The notes under the pieces are model-generated. The model saw only the letters and a list, made by a program, of their open reading frames with translations. It had not been told where the DNA came from and searched no databases. From Bacteriovoracia bacterium (GTDB lineage Bacteria > Bdellovibrionota > UBA1018 > JBFWNL01), in assembly GCA_050251055.1 (NCBI GenBank), contig JBFWNL010000006.1, positions 5,460 to 69,459 on the forward strand: DNA of 64,000 nt, written 5' to 3'. Each line of letters opens with the position of its first letter. Position 1 is the stretch's first letter. This document shows, piece by piece, positions 8,937-17,421 of the stretch. Made by a program: the position numbers and the translations under genes.

Positions 8937-9571
8937 ATCGGGGATTCGGGGATCCCGCGTACACCTAGGACGCGGTCGAAGTTCTTGAATGTTTCGGCGC
9001 CGTCGTCGAGTAGGCGCCGTCCGTTGCATAATAGGGGCTCGTCCGGAAAGTCGAGATTCTCCGTCGCATTTACGTCCGTGAGCGGATGTCTATCCATTTC
9101 GGACAGCACGAGTTCCACCCAGCGCGCGAATTTCGGGTCGCTCGGAGTCTCGAGCTCCGCGATTCCCTCGGGGAAGTATCGATAAAATCGGGGGTAGTCC
9201 TTCGACCAAAGCAGCGGCGGTGAGTACTGGGGATGGATATCGGGATTTCCCCCGCGTTTTTTGTAAGAGACGGCGGCGGTGAGATCGACGGTTTCGCCGA
9301 ACTGCGTGGCCACCCAGAAGTGCGAGTGGTCCTTCCAGGCACCGGTCCAGACGGGGGTCGAATTCTCTAGCACTTCGACCCACGCCGCGCGACCGTACAT
9401 CACATCGGCGCGAATGTCGTACTTCGCCAGGCGCCTTGCTGCGGCTAGCGCGACGAGCAACGGGAAGTCGGCGCGGTCTCCGGTAATGCGGTCTACTACG
9501 CGCGTGGCAATACGACTCACGTCGGCTACGACGGCAAGCGGGGTTTCTGAATATACTTTTTGATTCGACAT
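8933..9571 (-). CDS. Hypothetical protein (212 aa), last gene of the PAH-like / DUF423 string
   Basis: A clean ORF starting at MSNQKVYSE. It lies 8 bp downstream of the DUF423 stop on the same strand, and I recognised no motif. Confidence 0.45.
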   Translation of the reverse strand: MSNQKVYSETPLAVVADVSRIATRVVDRITGDRADFPLLVALAAARRLAKYDIRADVMYGRAAWVEVLENSTPVWTGAWKDHSHFWVATQFGETVDLTAAVSYKKRGGNPDIHPQYSPPLLWSKDYPRFYRYFPEGIAELETPSDPKFARWVELVLSEMDRHPLTDVNATENLDFPDEPLLCNGRRLLDDGAETFKNFDRVLGVRGIPESPI

Positions 9572-9578
9572 GATTCCG

Positions 9579-9950
9579 TCACATTCTCCAAAATGAAATG
9601 GCAAACAAGGACCAGCCGACTAGGAAGAGCACCCCTCCGATCGGGGTGATGGCCCCTAGAATTTTAATGTCGGTCAGTGCCAGCGCGTAGAGGCTGCCGG
9701 AAAACACGAAAATTCCCGTAGCAAAAGCAAGCCCCGCCCAACGCAATCCGGCGGGAGGAGTGGAGGTGCGCAGCGAGAGCGACGCAATCAACACCAGCGC
9801 CAACGCGTGAAAGAACTGATAGTGGGTGGCGGTTTGAAAAATCTCCATCGCGCGTGGTGATAGCCGTTCGCGCAGCGCATGCGCGCCAAAGGCGCCCAGC
9901 GCAACGGCGAGCAGCCCATACACCGCGCCAAATACGCCCCAAATTCTCAC
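9579..9950 (-). CDS. DUF423 family small membrane protein (YgdD-like)
   Basis: Contains LGAFGAHAL...HYQFFHALAL, four TM helices and 123 aa, and overlaps the upstream gene by 4 bp. Confidence 0.7.
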   Translation of the reverse strand: MRIWGVFGAVYGLLAVALGAFGAHALRERLSPRAMEIFQTATHYQFFHALALVLIASLSLRTSTPPAGLRWAGLAFATGIFVFSGSLYALALTDIKILGAITPIGGVLFLVGWSLFAISFWRM

Positions 9951-11710
9951 GCGTGACCTCGCACCGTCCCGAGCAGCTGCATGCCCCGGGCGACTAGCTC
10001 CGCGTGGGGAGCGGATTTTTTCGATAGATCCGCCAGTTGTTCCCGAAGCTGGGTTTCAAGCGCGGGGTGCTTCTGCGAAAGATCGTCGCTGAGAAGGATT
10101 TCCAGGATTTCCAGCCGGCTGAGCCAGTCGTCGGGGTAGCGGATGGCGAGCTTGCCCACAAGGCTTTCCAGTAGGGTAACTTGAGATTTGCGTTGTTCCC
10201 GGAATTCGCGGATCTCGCGATAGATGCCGTTGAGCTCGCGATTCTCCGGCGTCAGGTTGGTTTTTTGGCTCTGGGGCGGCTGCTGGTAGCCCCCCGTGGC
10301 CCGCAGGTATTCGGCCCGGTCGGCCGCGCCACCAAAGACGGACGTGATTTTTTTTCCGCAGGCCATGTCGTAAGTTCCCCAAGCCGGGTCAAAGAGCAGG
10401 GTTTGGCCCAGCTTCACCGAGCAGTCGGTGAAGGGGAGGACGAGGTTGCGGCCCTGAGCTTGAATCGGATTCTGTAAACGCCCTTCCACCACGATGCCGG
10501 ATTCGAATTCGAGCCGGCCTTTTTCACCGTTGGTGAACCCCATCTGCTTGAGGTCCGCGTCCGTTAGCTCGGCGGGGGACTTAGCCAATCCACGCACTTT
10601 GCCGACGGGGGATCCAAATCCGTGCTGGTGATACTCCGGGCCTTGGCCTTGAATCTGCCGATCGCCGACCGAAAGTTGCGACGGGCCCTGGTAGCTCAAA
10701 TAGATCGGCTGGCCGTCGGACCCCGCGTGGAAATCTTTCAGTACGCCGCTTATCTGCAGACCGCTGTCGTAAACGGCCGTGGTAAGGGTGCCCGCGATCT
10801 TGGCTTTGGCAAGAGCTTCCGATCCGCCCTTGCGGAAAGCCATGGTGGAAGCGAACTCTTCCAGAACGTCGTTGAGTTTGTCGAACGATGGAGTGACGAA
10901 CAGTTGAGGCTGTGGACGGGTGATGTCGTAGCTCATGTTCAGCAAATCAATGGAGATCGGAATTTTTTTTACCGACTCCTTCAAGCAATTATGGCTTTCG
11001 GACACCGATGAAAGCAGGCCGGCTCCGTAGATCAAGGGTTGCCGCAGATCGCCCACCAGGCCGTATTCGACCGTCCACCAGTTCATGCGGGCGAGGTAGG
11101 TCGCCTCGCTTACGTAGTCGAGCGCCGCGATCGCGTCGTCCAGCTGGTTTTGCGCGCGCGCGATGTCGTCGGCGGTGGACCGCGGGTCTTCCTTCACGTC
11201 GGAGAGCTTGCGGACGGCGTTGTACACGTTCATGTCTTTATAAGAGTAGATCGCCTTGCGCGCGACCTCCCCGTAATGACGAAGATACGTGGCGTATTCG
11301 GGATCAGCGAGGATGGGGGCGTGCCCGGCGGCTTCGTGTACGATATCGGGCGCCGGCGTATAGGCAATATGATCGATCTGGCGCATGTCGCAGGCGATGG
11401 GGAGAATGCCGAGGGACTGGAACTCCATGAATACGGAAGGTGGGATGAACCCGATGACGCCGACCGCGCGCCAGCCAAATCGGCGCAGGCAGCCGTCCAT
11501 TTCCTCGATGAGCGGAATGCGCTCGACCGAGATGCCGGTTTCGGCCAAACCCGCCATGTACTTCTGATGCGCGTGATCTCGAAAGAAGGCCCGTGACACG
11601 CGCAGGATGTAGCGCCACGAGGCGTGATCCATCGGTGTGTAGAGCGTCGGATCCTGCTTGGACACGAACGGCAGCAAATGCTCGGGAATGCTCTCGAGTG
11701 GCTTCAACAC
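9947..11710 (-). CDS. Aromatic amino acid hydroxylase-family protein (PAH-like catalytic domain) with a ~300 aa uncharacterised C-terminal extension
   Basis: PAPDIVHEAAGHAPIL matches the biopterin-dependent hydroxylase iron site (PEPDxxHELLGHxPLL). WWTVEYGLVGDLRQPLIYGAGLLSSVSESHNCL matches YWFTVEFGL...AYGAGLLSS..ELQYCL. The C-terminal ~300 aa show no recognisable similarity. Confidence 0.7.
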   Translation of the reverse strand: MLKPLESIPEHLLPFVSKQDPTLYTPMDHASWRYILRVSRAFFRDHAHQKYMAGLAETGISVERIPLIEEMDGCLRRFGWRAVGVIGFIPPSVFMEFQSLGILPIACDMRQIDHIAYTPAPDIVHEAAGHAPILADPEYATYLRHYGEVARKAIYSYKDMNVYNAVRKLSDVKEDPRSTADDIARAQNQLDDAIAALDYVSEATYLARMNWWTVEYGLVGDLRQPLIYGAGLLSSVSESHNCLKESVKKIPISIDLLNMSYDITRPQPQLFVTPSFDKLNDVLEEFASTMAFRKGGSEALAKAKIAGTLTTAVYDSGLQISGVLKDFHAGSDGQPIYLSYQGPSQLSVGDRQIQGQGPEYHQHGFGSPVGKVRGLAKSPAELTDADLKQMGFTNGEKGRLEFESGIVVEGRLQNPIQAQGRNLVLPFTDCSVKLGQTLLFDPAWGTYDMACGKKITSVFGGAADRAEYLRATGGYQQPPQSQKTNLTPENRELNGIYREIREFREQRKSQVTLLESLVGKLAIRYPDDWLSRLEILEILLSDDLSQKHPALETQLREQLADLSKKSAPHAELVARGMQLLGTVRGHA

Positions 11711-11774
11711 CCCCGTTTTATACCCGAAAGATTGGGGGATCGCCAGGCTTTCGGGTTTCTGATAGGGTTCGGCT

Positions 11775-11966
11775 ATGGAGCCTCAAACACCCGAAAAAAC
11801 CCAACCCAAGCAGGTATTGGTGGAGCCCGAGCATCAGGGTTCAATCTGGACCCATCCTTACATGGTGTACGTATTACTCACGATCGTGCTCTTTTCCGTG
11901 CTGCTCGTGGTCGGATACCTGGCGCTAAATAACGACTGGATCCCGAATCGGGGGATCGCGAAGTAA
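11775..11966 (+). CDS. Small hypothetical membrane protein (63 aa)
   Basis: There is a single TM segment (VYVLLTIVLFSVLLVVGYLAL), and the ORF sits directly upstream of the DUF2905 gene. Support is weak. Confidence 0.3.
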   Translation: MEPQTPEKTQPKQVLVEPEHQGSIWTHPYMVYVLLTIVLFSVLLVVGYLALNNDWIPNRGIAK

Positions 11967-11967
11967 G

Positions 11968-12201
11968 ATGCCGTCCCCCCTCGGAGTTCTGCCAAAGGTG
12001 TTGATTTTCTCGGGCCTCGCGCTAGTGATCGCGGGTTTGCTCCTGCATTTTGGCGGGAAGTGGTTGCCGTGGGGAAGGTTACCCGGCGATGTAGCCTACG
12101 AGCGAGGCGGCGTAAGAGTTTATTTCCCCTGGGTCACGTGCTTGATCCTGAGCGCGCTTCTTACTTTGGGCGGATATCTTTATCGTTATTTTTCGAAATA
12201 A
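11968..12201 (+). CDS. DUF2905 family small membrane protein
   Basis: GRLPGDVAYERGGVRVYFPWVTCL matches the DUF2905 hallmark (GRLPGD..IER.N..FYFP). It has two TM segments and is 77 aa. Confidence 0.65.
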   Translation: MPSPLGVLPKVLIFSGLALVIAGLLLHFGGKWLPWGRLPGDVAYERGGVRVYFPWVTCLILSALLTLGGYLYRYFSK

Positions 12202-12202
12202 G

Positions 12203-12240
12203 CAGGCCTGGCGTCTCGTTTACTTGAAACGCCAGGCCTG
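12203..12240. terminator. Bidirectional rho-independent terminator between convergent genes
   Basis: A perfect 12 bp inverted repeat: caggcctggcgt (12203-12214), a 14 nt loop, then acgccaggcctg (12229-12240). It lies exactly between the + gene ending at 12201 and the - gene ending at 12271. Confidence 0.6.
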
Positions 12241-12270
12241 GCCTACGAAGATGGAGAATATTGCTAAATT

Positions 12271-12762
12271 TTACTGATGGAAGACTTCCGCTTGCACGGC
12301 TTCACCGACCTGCGTGCCGTTGGTCGCCTGAATAATCAAGGTGTCGCCTTCGGGTAGCCCCAGATACTGGGGATACGTGAAGGAGAATTCCGCTTGGTTT
12401 CCATTGAGCACGTTTTCGCTGACGGTCACGCCAGGGGCCAGATCTAGCGTGCACTGCGTGCTGCCCATGCAGTTCACGGTCATGGAAGGAACGCAGGCTC
12501 CGCTTGAAGTCTGGCAAAGGTAAATACTGAAGTTCGAGCGTCCGAGGCGCGGGGTCGTCCAGGTGACCTGGGTGGTTTGCGGCGTTTGCGCGTCGACCAC
12601 GCGGAACGTGCAGACATCCAGGGCATCTTTACATTCACTCGAGCCGCTGGCCTGACCGAAGTTCTTGGCGCCGTTGCGGTTCTTCAAAGGAGCCCCGCAA
12701 GCCGCTAGGACGGCAACGGTCAAGAACGCAGACATCGTTAGTTTAGTGAGGTAGTTTTTCAT
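12271..12762 (-). CDS. Cysteine-rich lipoprotein of unknown function
   Basis: The start MKNYLTKLTMSAFLTVAVLAACG carries the lipobox LAAC. The mature part has six further Cys residues, enough for three possible disulfides, and no recognisable domain. Confidence 0.5.
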   Translation of the reverse strand: MKNYLTKLTMSAFLTVAVLAACGAPLKNRNGAKNFGQASGSSECKDALDVCTFRVVDAQTPQTTQVTWTTPRLGRSNFSIYLCQTSSGACVPSMTVNCMGSTQCTLDLAPGVTVSENVLNGNQAEFSFTYPQYLGLPEGDTLIIQATNGTQVGEAVQAEVFHQ

Positions 12763-12776
12763 ATATGACCTTTCCA

Positions 12777-14183
12777 TTACTTCGCGCTTTCGGCGATTTT
12801 TCGCAGCTCGGCGGCCGCGGCAGTGGCAGTTTCGACGACCTGTTCGGCATTTTCGGGCTTCGAAACTTCGCGCGGATCCACCTTCAGGAGTTGCTGGTCG
12901 ATCGCGGCGACGCTATCGTGGCAAGTCGTCACTTGCGCCAGCTGTTGCTCGAGTTTCTTCTTGGCTTCGGCGAGCTCACGGCGCTTGCCCACCAGGTCCG
13001 ATGCCGCCTGGTGGTCGGCGCCGTAAACGGCGGCCACGCGAATCACCGACGGAATTTCCTTTAGGTAAGACAGCTTGTGGGTCTCGTTGTAAATCTCATG
13101 CGCGGCTTCCGGCTCGATCTGGCCGAGAATCTTGTCACCCTCCTTGATATAACCATACGGGCCGTCGATGGGGTGATGGCCGTCCGCATCCATGTGCCGG
13201 CCGTTGGCGAGCACGAGGGTGCGCCGGTCGTCGAGCTTCACTTCACCGGAGAATTTTTCCGAAGCAATTAATTTTTCCGCGAGCGGCACATATACCGACT
13301 CCGGTAGTTCCTTGCCGTCCGCGGCGGTCAAGGCCAGTTCCGATTTCAAAACCGCAGTTACGCCCTCCAAGGCATCTTTTCGAGCCACCTGACCCAGGCG
13401 GAGGGAGTCGAAATAAATCGAAAAAGGATCACGGCCTTCGGTCGGGACTCGGAAGGTGGCAAGCATCTTGTCGATATCTTGCTTAAGCTCTGGCGAGACC
13501 GTAATCTTCGCGACGCGATCCGCGATTTCCTTCAGGCTCTTTACGATGGCTTCATCGTCCGTGGCGTTCTTGGCGATGGATTGCTTGATGGACTCCGCGC
13601 GCGCGGCCATTTCACTCAGTGGTCCGCACGAACGGCGAGCGTCGAGCAGATCATCCAAGGCGTTGATGGGACCCAAGAATTTTGCGATGTCTTCCGGCTT
13701 GGCGGCTTCTCTTTTCGAGATGTCGTGATTTTCCTCGAAAAAAGTTTCTACGTTCTTGGCGCCGATAGCGGAGAAAGTGGGCTGTCCGTCGTTGCGCGTG
13801 CGTTTTTGCAGCTTCACAACCTTATCGCGCACGAGGTTATATTGCTCGGGCGTGAGGTCTTTCAGGAGCGCGAGGACGTTCGAGATCACGCTGTCGAGGG
13901 CGACGCCCGTGCTGTTTTTGTCCTTCATGGATTTATTGAGGCTAAACACGAGCTTCGTTGGGTTATCGAAGCTTAAGATCCCGCGACGAATGTGCTCGAG
14001 CACGGGGTCGTTGTTGGTTTCGGTTAGCACCTGGACCAAGCTGTCCAGCTGGCCTTGCTTGTCGTTGGCGGCGGGGATCTTCCACTTGGGTTGGGCGACT
14101 TTCGGCTCATCGGCGAACGAACTCGCGGCGGCCGTAAAATAAGCCAGAGACAAAACCAGGGCGAATAAAGCGTGTTTCTTCAT
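12777..14183 (-). CDS. Secreted hypothetical protein with coiled-coil regions (468 aa)
   Basis: MKKHALFALVLSLAYFTAAASSFA is a signal peptide. The rest is Lys/Glu/Ala/Leu-rich and predicted helical, ending in a C-terminal coiled-coil (KKKLEQQLAQV...). No enzymatic motif was found. Confidence 0.55.
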   Translation of the reverse strand: MKKHALFALVLSLAYFTAAASSFADEPKVAQPKWKIPAANDKQGQLDSLVQVLTETNNDPVLEHIRRGILSFDNPTKLVFSLNKSMKDKNSTGVALDSVISNVLALLKDLTPEQYNLVRDKVVKLQKRTRNDGQPTFSAIGAKNVETFFEENHDISKREAAKPEDIAKFLGPINALDDLLDARRSCGPLSEMAARAESIKQSIAKNATDDEAIVKSLKEIADRVAKITVSPELKQDIDKMLATFRVPTEGRDPFSIYFDSLRLGQVARKDALEGVTAVLKSELALTAADGKELPESVYVPLAEKLIASEKFSGEVKLDDRRTLVLANGRHMDADGHHPIDGPYGYIKEGDKILGQIEPEAAHEIYNETHKLSYLKEIPSVIRVAAVYGADHQAASDLVGKRRELAEAKKKLEQQLAQVTTCHDSVAAIDQQLLKVDPREVSKPENAEQVVETATAAAAELRKIAESAK

Positions 14184-14216
14184 TTTCTCTCTCCTAAAAG
14201 GTCTACTCCCGAACAA

Positions 14217-14404
14217 GAATTACGCTTTAGAAGAGCAAGCCGGGTGCCATTTGACGCACCAGATAATAATCAATAATTTAAGTGAGTTAGCCAGATGTTT
14301 GCTGAGCGTTGCCTACACAGATGACAGACACCTGTCAGGATTCTGACAGTGCCGCACCGCATTTTTTGAGGGAGATTTCGCGGCGATCGGGGTAAGTCAG
14401 AGGC
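14217..14404. promoter_or_regulatory. Comparatively AT-rich divergent intergenic region (promoters for pruA and the secreted-protein gene)
   Basis: It is a 188 bp non-coding gap between divergent genes, contains ataataatcaataatttaagtgagtt, and has lower GC than its surroundings. Confidence 0.3.
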
Positions 14405-16039
14405 ATGAAAACCGATACCCTGGTTCCCGTCCCCGCGCCGATCAACGAGCCCGTACGAAATTACGCCCCGGGCGATGCCCATCGTGCATCATTAAAGAGC
14501 GAGTTAAAGCGGATGGCGGGTGAGAAGCTCGAAATTCCGTGCATCATTGGCGGCAAGGAAGTGCGCACCGGGAGACTCCGAAAAGTCGTGATGCCGCATG
14601 ATCACGCGCACGTCTTGGCCGAGTATCACGTCGCCGGGCCCGAGGAGTTGAAAGCTGCGGCCGCGGCGGCGACGAAGGCAAAGGGTGAGTGGGAAGCCAT
14701 GAGCTGGCGCCAACGTTCGGCGATCTTCATCAAGGCCGCGGAACTGCTGGCGGGACCGTGGCGCGACCGGATGAATGCCGCGACGATGCTTGGACAATCC
14801 AAGAGTGTCTACCAGGCCGAGATCGACGCCGCCTGCGAGATGATCGATTTCTTTCGCTTCAATCCCCACTACTATGAACAGATCCTCGGCATGCAACCGG
14901 TCTCCGGGCCGGGCGTTTGGAACCAGCTCGACTATCGTCCGCTCGAAGGATTCGTGCTGGCGGTGACTCCATTTAACTTCACGGCGATCGCGGGCAACCT
15001 CACGGGAGCGCCCGCGATGGTGGGCAACACCGTCGTGTGGAAACCCGCGAATACGCAGATGCTCTCGGCGTACTACATCATGAAGCTTTTTGAAGCCGCC
15101 GGGCTCCCGCCGGGCGTGATCAACCTGGTTTGTGCGGACGGCGCGACCGTGGGCGATGTTTGCCTGCCGATGCCGGATCTCGCGGGCGTGCACTTCACCG
15201 GATCGACGGGCGTATTCCAATCGATTTTCAGGACCGTAGGCGCGAATATCGCAAACTACAAAACCTATCCGCGCCTCGTGGGCGAAACGGGTGGAAAAGA
15301 TTTTATCTTCGCGCACCCTTCGGCCGAGGTGGATGCCTTGGTCGCGGGCTTAGTGCGGGGCGCGTTCGAGTATCAAGGTCAAAAGTGCTCGGCTTGTTCA
15401 CGCACTTACATTCCGAAGAGCCTGTGGCCCAAGGTGAAAGAGCGCCTGGTCGGCGAGATCAAAACGATTAAAATGGGCGACACGCGCGACTTTTCGAACT
15501 TCATGAACGCCGTCATCGATGATCGTTCGTTCAAGAATATCCAAGGTTACCTCGAATATGCTTCGGGATCGAGCGAGGCCGAAATATTAACCGGTGGTCG
15601 CGGCGATTCGTCCAAAGGTTACTTCGTCGAGCCGACGGTCATTCAGACCACGAATCCGAAGTTCAAGACGATGGCCGAAGAGATTTTCGGTCCCGTGCTC
15701 ACGGCCTTTGTTTACGATGATGCCAAGTTAGCGGAAACCGTCGAGCTTTGCGCGAATACTTCGCCTTACGCGCTCACCGGAGCCATTTTCGCGCAAGACG
15801 CGACGGCAGTGACCGCTTTGACGAATTCTTTCCGGAATTCGGCGGGTAATTTCTATATCAACGACAAGTGCACGGGCGCGGTCGTGGGCCAACAGCCGTT
15901 CGGTGGGGCCCGGGCTTCCGGCACGAACGACAAGGCGGGCAGTCACTTGAACCTGCTGCGGTGGATGTCGCCGCGGACGATCAAGGAAACTTTCGTTCCG
16001 GCGCGGGATTATCGGTATTCGTTTCTTCAGGAAAGTTAA
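14405..16039 (+). CDS. pruA: L-glutamate gamma-semialdehyde (1-pyrroline-5-carboxylate) dehydrogenase
   Basis: It belongs to the aldehyde dehydrogenase superfamily, with FTGSTGVF (NAD-binding) and EYQGQKCSACSR (catalytic Cys). The 544 aa length is typical of PruA/RocA. Confidence 0.8.
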   Translation: MKTDTLVPVPAPINEPVRNYAPGDAHRASLKSELKRMAGEKLEIPCIIGGKEVRTGRLRKVVMPHDHAHVLAEYHVAGPEELKAAAAAATKAKGEWEAMSWRQRSAIFIKAAELLAGPWRDRMNAATMLGQSKSVYQAEIDAACEMIDFFRFNPHYYEQILGMQPVSGPGVWNQLDYRPLEGFVLAVTPFNFTAIAGNLTGAPAMVGNTVVWKPANTQMLSAYYIMKLFEAAGLPPGVINLVCADGATVGDVCLPMPDLAGVHFTGSTGVFQSIFRTVGANIANYKTYPRLVGETGGKDFIFAHPSAEVDALVAGLVRGAFEYQGQKCSACSRTYIPKSLWPKVKERLVGEIKTIKMGDTRDFSNFMNAVIDDRSFKNIQGYLEYASGSSEAEILTGGRGDSSKGYFVEPTVIQTTNPKFKTMAEEIFGPVLTAFVYDDAKLAETVELCANTSPYALTGAIFAQDATAVTALTNSFRNSAGNFYINDKCTGAVVGQQPFGGARASGTNDKAGSHLNLLRWMSPRTIKETFVPARDYRYSFLQES

Positions 16040-16069
16040 GGCGGGCCGCAAACTAGAACGGGATAGGGA

Positions 16070-17110
16070 TCAGTTTCTGAGTTGGGCCAGCTTCTGACTC
16101 ACTAGGCACCACCCCGTAAGCTTATATAGCATCCGCATCCCGACGTTCGCGTCCCACTCTTCCCCGCCCACTTCGTTGAGGTCAAAGCCCACGATCGTAC
16201 GTCCGGAGGCAACCAGCTCGCGCAACACGAAGTTTGCTTCGTGAAAACTGATCCCGCCCGGCACCGGCGTGCCCGTGTGCGGACAGAACGCGGGATCGAG
16301 CCCGTCGATATCGAACGACACCCAAACTTCCTTGGGCAAGCCCGCGATAATCTGCTTCGCCTGCGTGACCCAGGGCACGCCGGCGGCCTTGTGCCGGGCC
16401 ATTGCCAGATCGAAGAAAACCTCTACGCGATTCCCTTGGCTCTCGGCGAACTGAAGTTCTCCCTCCGAAAAGTCACGGATTCCTACCTGTACGAGCTTCT
16501 TCACCTGGGGAATGGTTTCGAGCACGTTGTTCATGATCGAGGCGTGCGACCACGTGAAGCCTTCGTAGGCTTGGCGTAAGTCCAGGTGCGCGTCGAAGTG
16601 AAGGATGCCGAGTTCGGCATGCCGTTGGGCGGCGGCTTGGATCGCGCCGTAAGGCGTGGAATGGTCTCCACCCACGAGGCCGACGATCTTGCCTCGCTTC
16701 ATGAGTCGGTCGCATTCCTTGAAAACCACGTCGTTGAGTTGATTGCCTAGCGCATTCACTTTCTTTAGCAGCGCGGCCGCTTGCTTTTGGCCAGCCTGGG
16801 TCGTGGGTTTTTCGCGCACTTGCTTGGCCATTCGGCCGGCTTCCCGGTTCCACGCCTTGATTTTTTTGTGGTGGGGAAGCATGTGCAGCCCGGCCGCGTA
16901 GGGCTTTTCGATCTCGTAATCAAAGAGATCGAGCTGGTGGCTTGCCTCTAGAATCGCGTCCGGACCGTTGGCCGTACCTTGGGCGTAAGAGGTGGTGGCG
17001 TCCCAGGGGACGGGTACGTAGACGACCTTGGCTTCTTCTTCCGTATAGGGCAGGCCGAAGATGCCGGAATCCTCAGTCGCCGCGGCATTGGGATCAAAAT
17101 TTTGACTCAT
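16070..17110 (-). CDS. Arginase-family metallohydrolase (agmatinase / formimidoylglutamase-like)
   Basis: It has GGDHS, DAHLDL and SFDIDGLDP, the binuclear Mn-binding motifs of the ureohydrolase family. I chose the ATG at 17110; the ORF extends to a GTG at 17128. Confidence 0.75.
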   Translation of the reverse strand: MSQNFDPNAAATEDSGIFGLPYTEEEAKVVYVPVPWDATTSYAQGTANGPDAILEASHQLDLFDYEIEKPYAAGLHMLPHHKKIKAWNREAGRMAKQVREKPTTQAGQKQAAALLKKVNALGNQLNDVVFKECDRLMKRGKIVGLVGGDHSTPYGAIQAAAQRHAELGILHFDAHLDLRQAYEGFTWSHASIMNNVLETIPQVKKLVQVGIRDFSEGELQFAESQGNRVEVFFDLAMARHKAAGVPWVTQAKQIIAGLPKEVWVSFDIDGLDPAFCPHTGTPVPGGISFHEANFVLRELVASGRTIVGFDLNEVGGEEWDANVGMRMLYKLTGWCLVSQKLAQLRN

Positions 17111-17166
17111 ATCCGAGATCTCTATCACCGCTCAGGTTTTGGCGCCAGGGGCCCGATAAAGGGGTT

Positions 17167-17418
17167 ATGAGCCGTATCGACTTTATGGAAATATTGAAAG
17201 AACAGTACGCCGAAGAGATCCACACGGTCTACGTGGAATCCAAACGCGGCAAGACCGTGGATTTGCCCGAATTCACGATCAAACTTTTGAAACTCTTCAA
17301 ATGCGCCAAGGCGGAGGGGATGTCGGAGCAGGATTATTTCGACCTCGTCCAGGCGGAAGCGCCGCAGGTCTGGTCGCAAATCAGCTCCCAATTCACCACG
17401 GATCGCCGGGCGGCCTGA
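17167..17418 (+). CDS. Small hypothetical protein (83 aa)
   Basis: An ATG-initiated ORF with a reasonable composition (MSRIDFMEILKEQYAEEIH...). The longer ORF from 16942 is Arg-rich antisense of the arginase gene and was rejected. Confidence 0.35.
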   Translation: MSRIDFMEILKEQYAEEIHTVYVESKRGKTVDLPEFTIKLLKLFKCAKAEGMSEQDYFDLVQAEAPQVWSQISSQFTTDRRAA

Positions 17419-17421
17419 ACT

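Noticed and set aside
11008-11618. Several 100-185 aa ORFs on both strands inside the PAH-like gene
   Set aside because: They are Arg/Pro/Gly-rich shadow ORFs typical of 60% GC coding DNA. The PAH-like frame has clear family motifs.
16942-17418. 158 aa ORF extending the small 17167..17418 gene upstream across the arginase-family gene start
   Set aside because: The upstream 75 codons are Arg/Trp/Pro-rich antisense of the arginase gene, so only the ATG at 17167 onward was kept, at low confidence.
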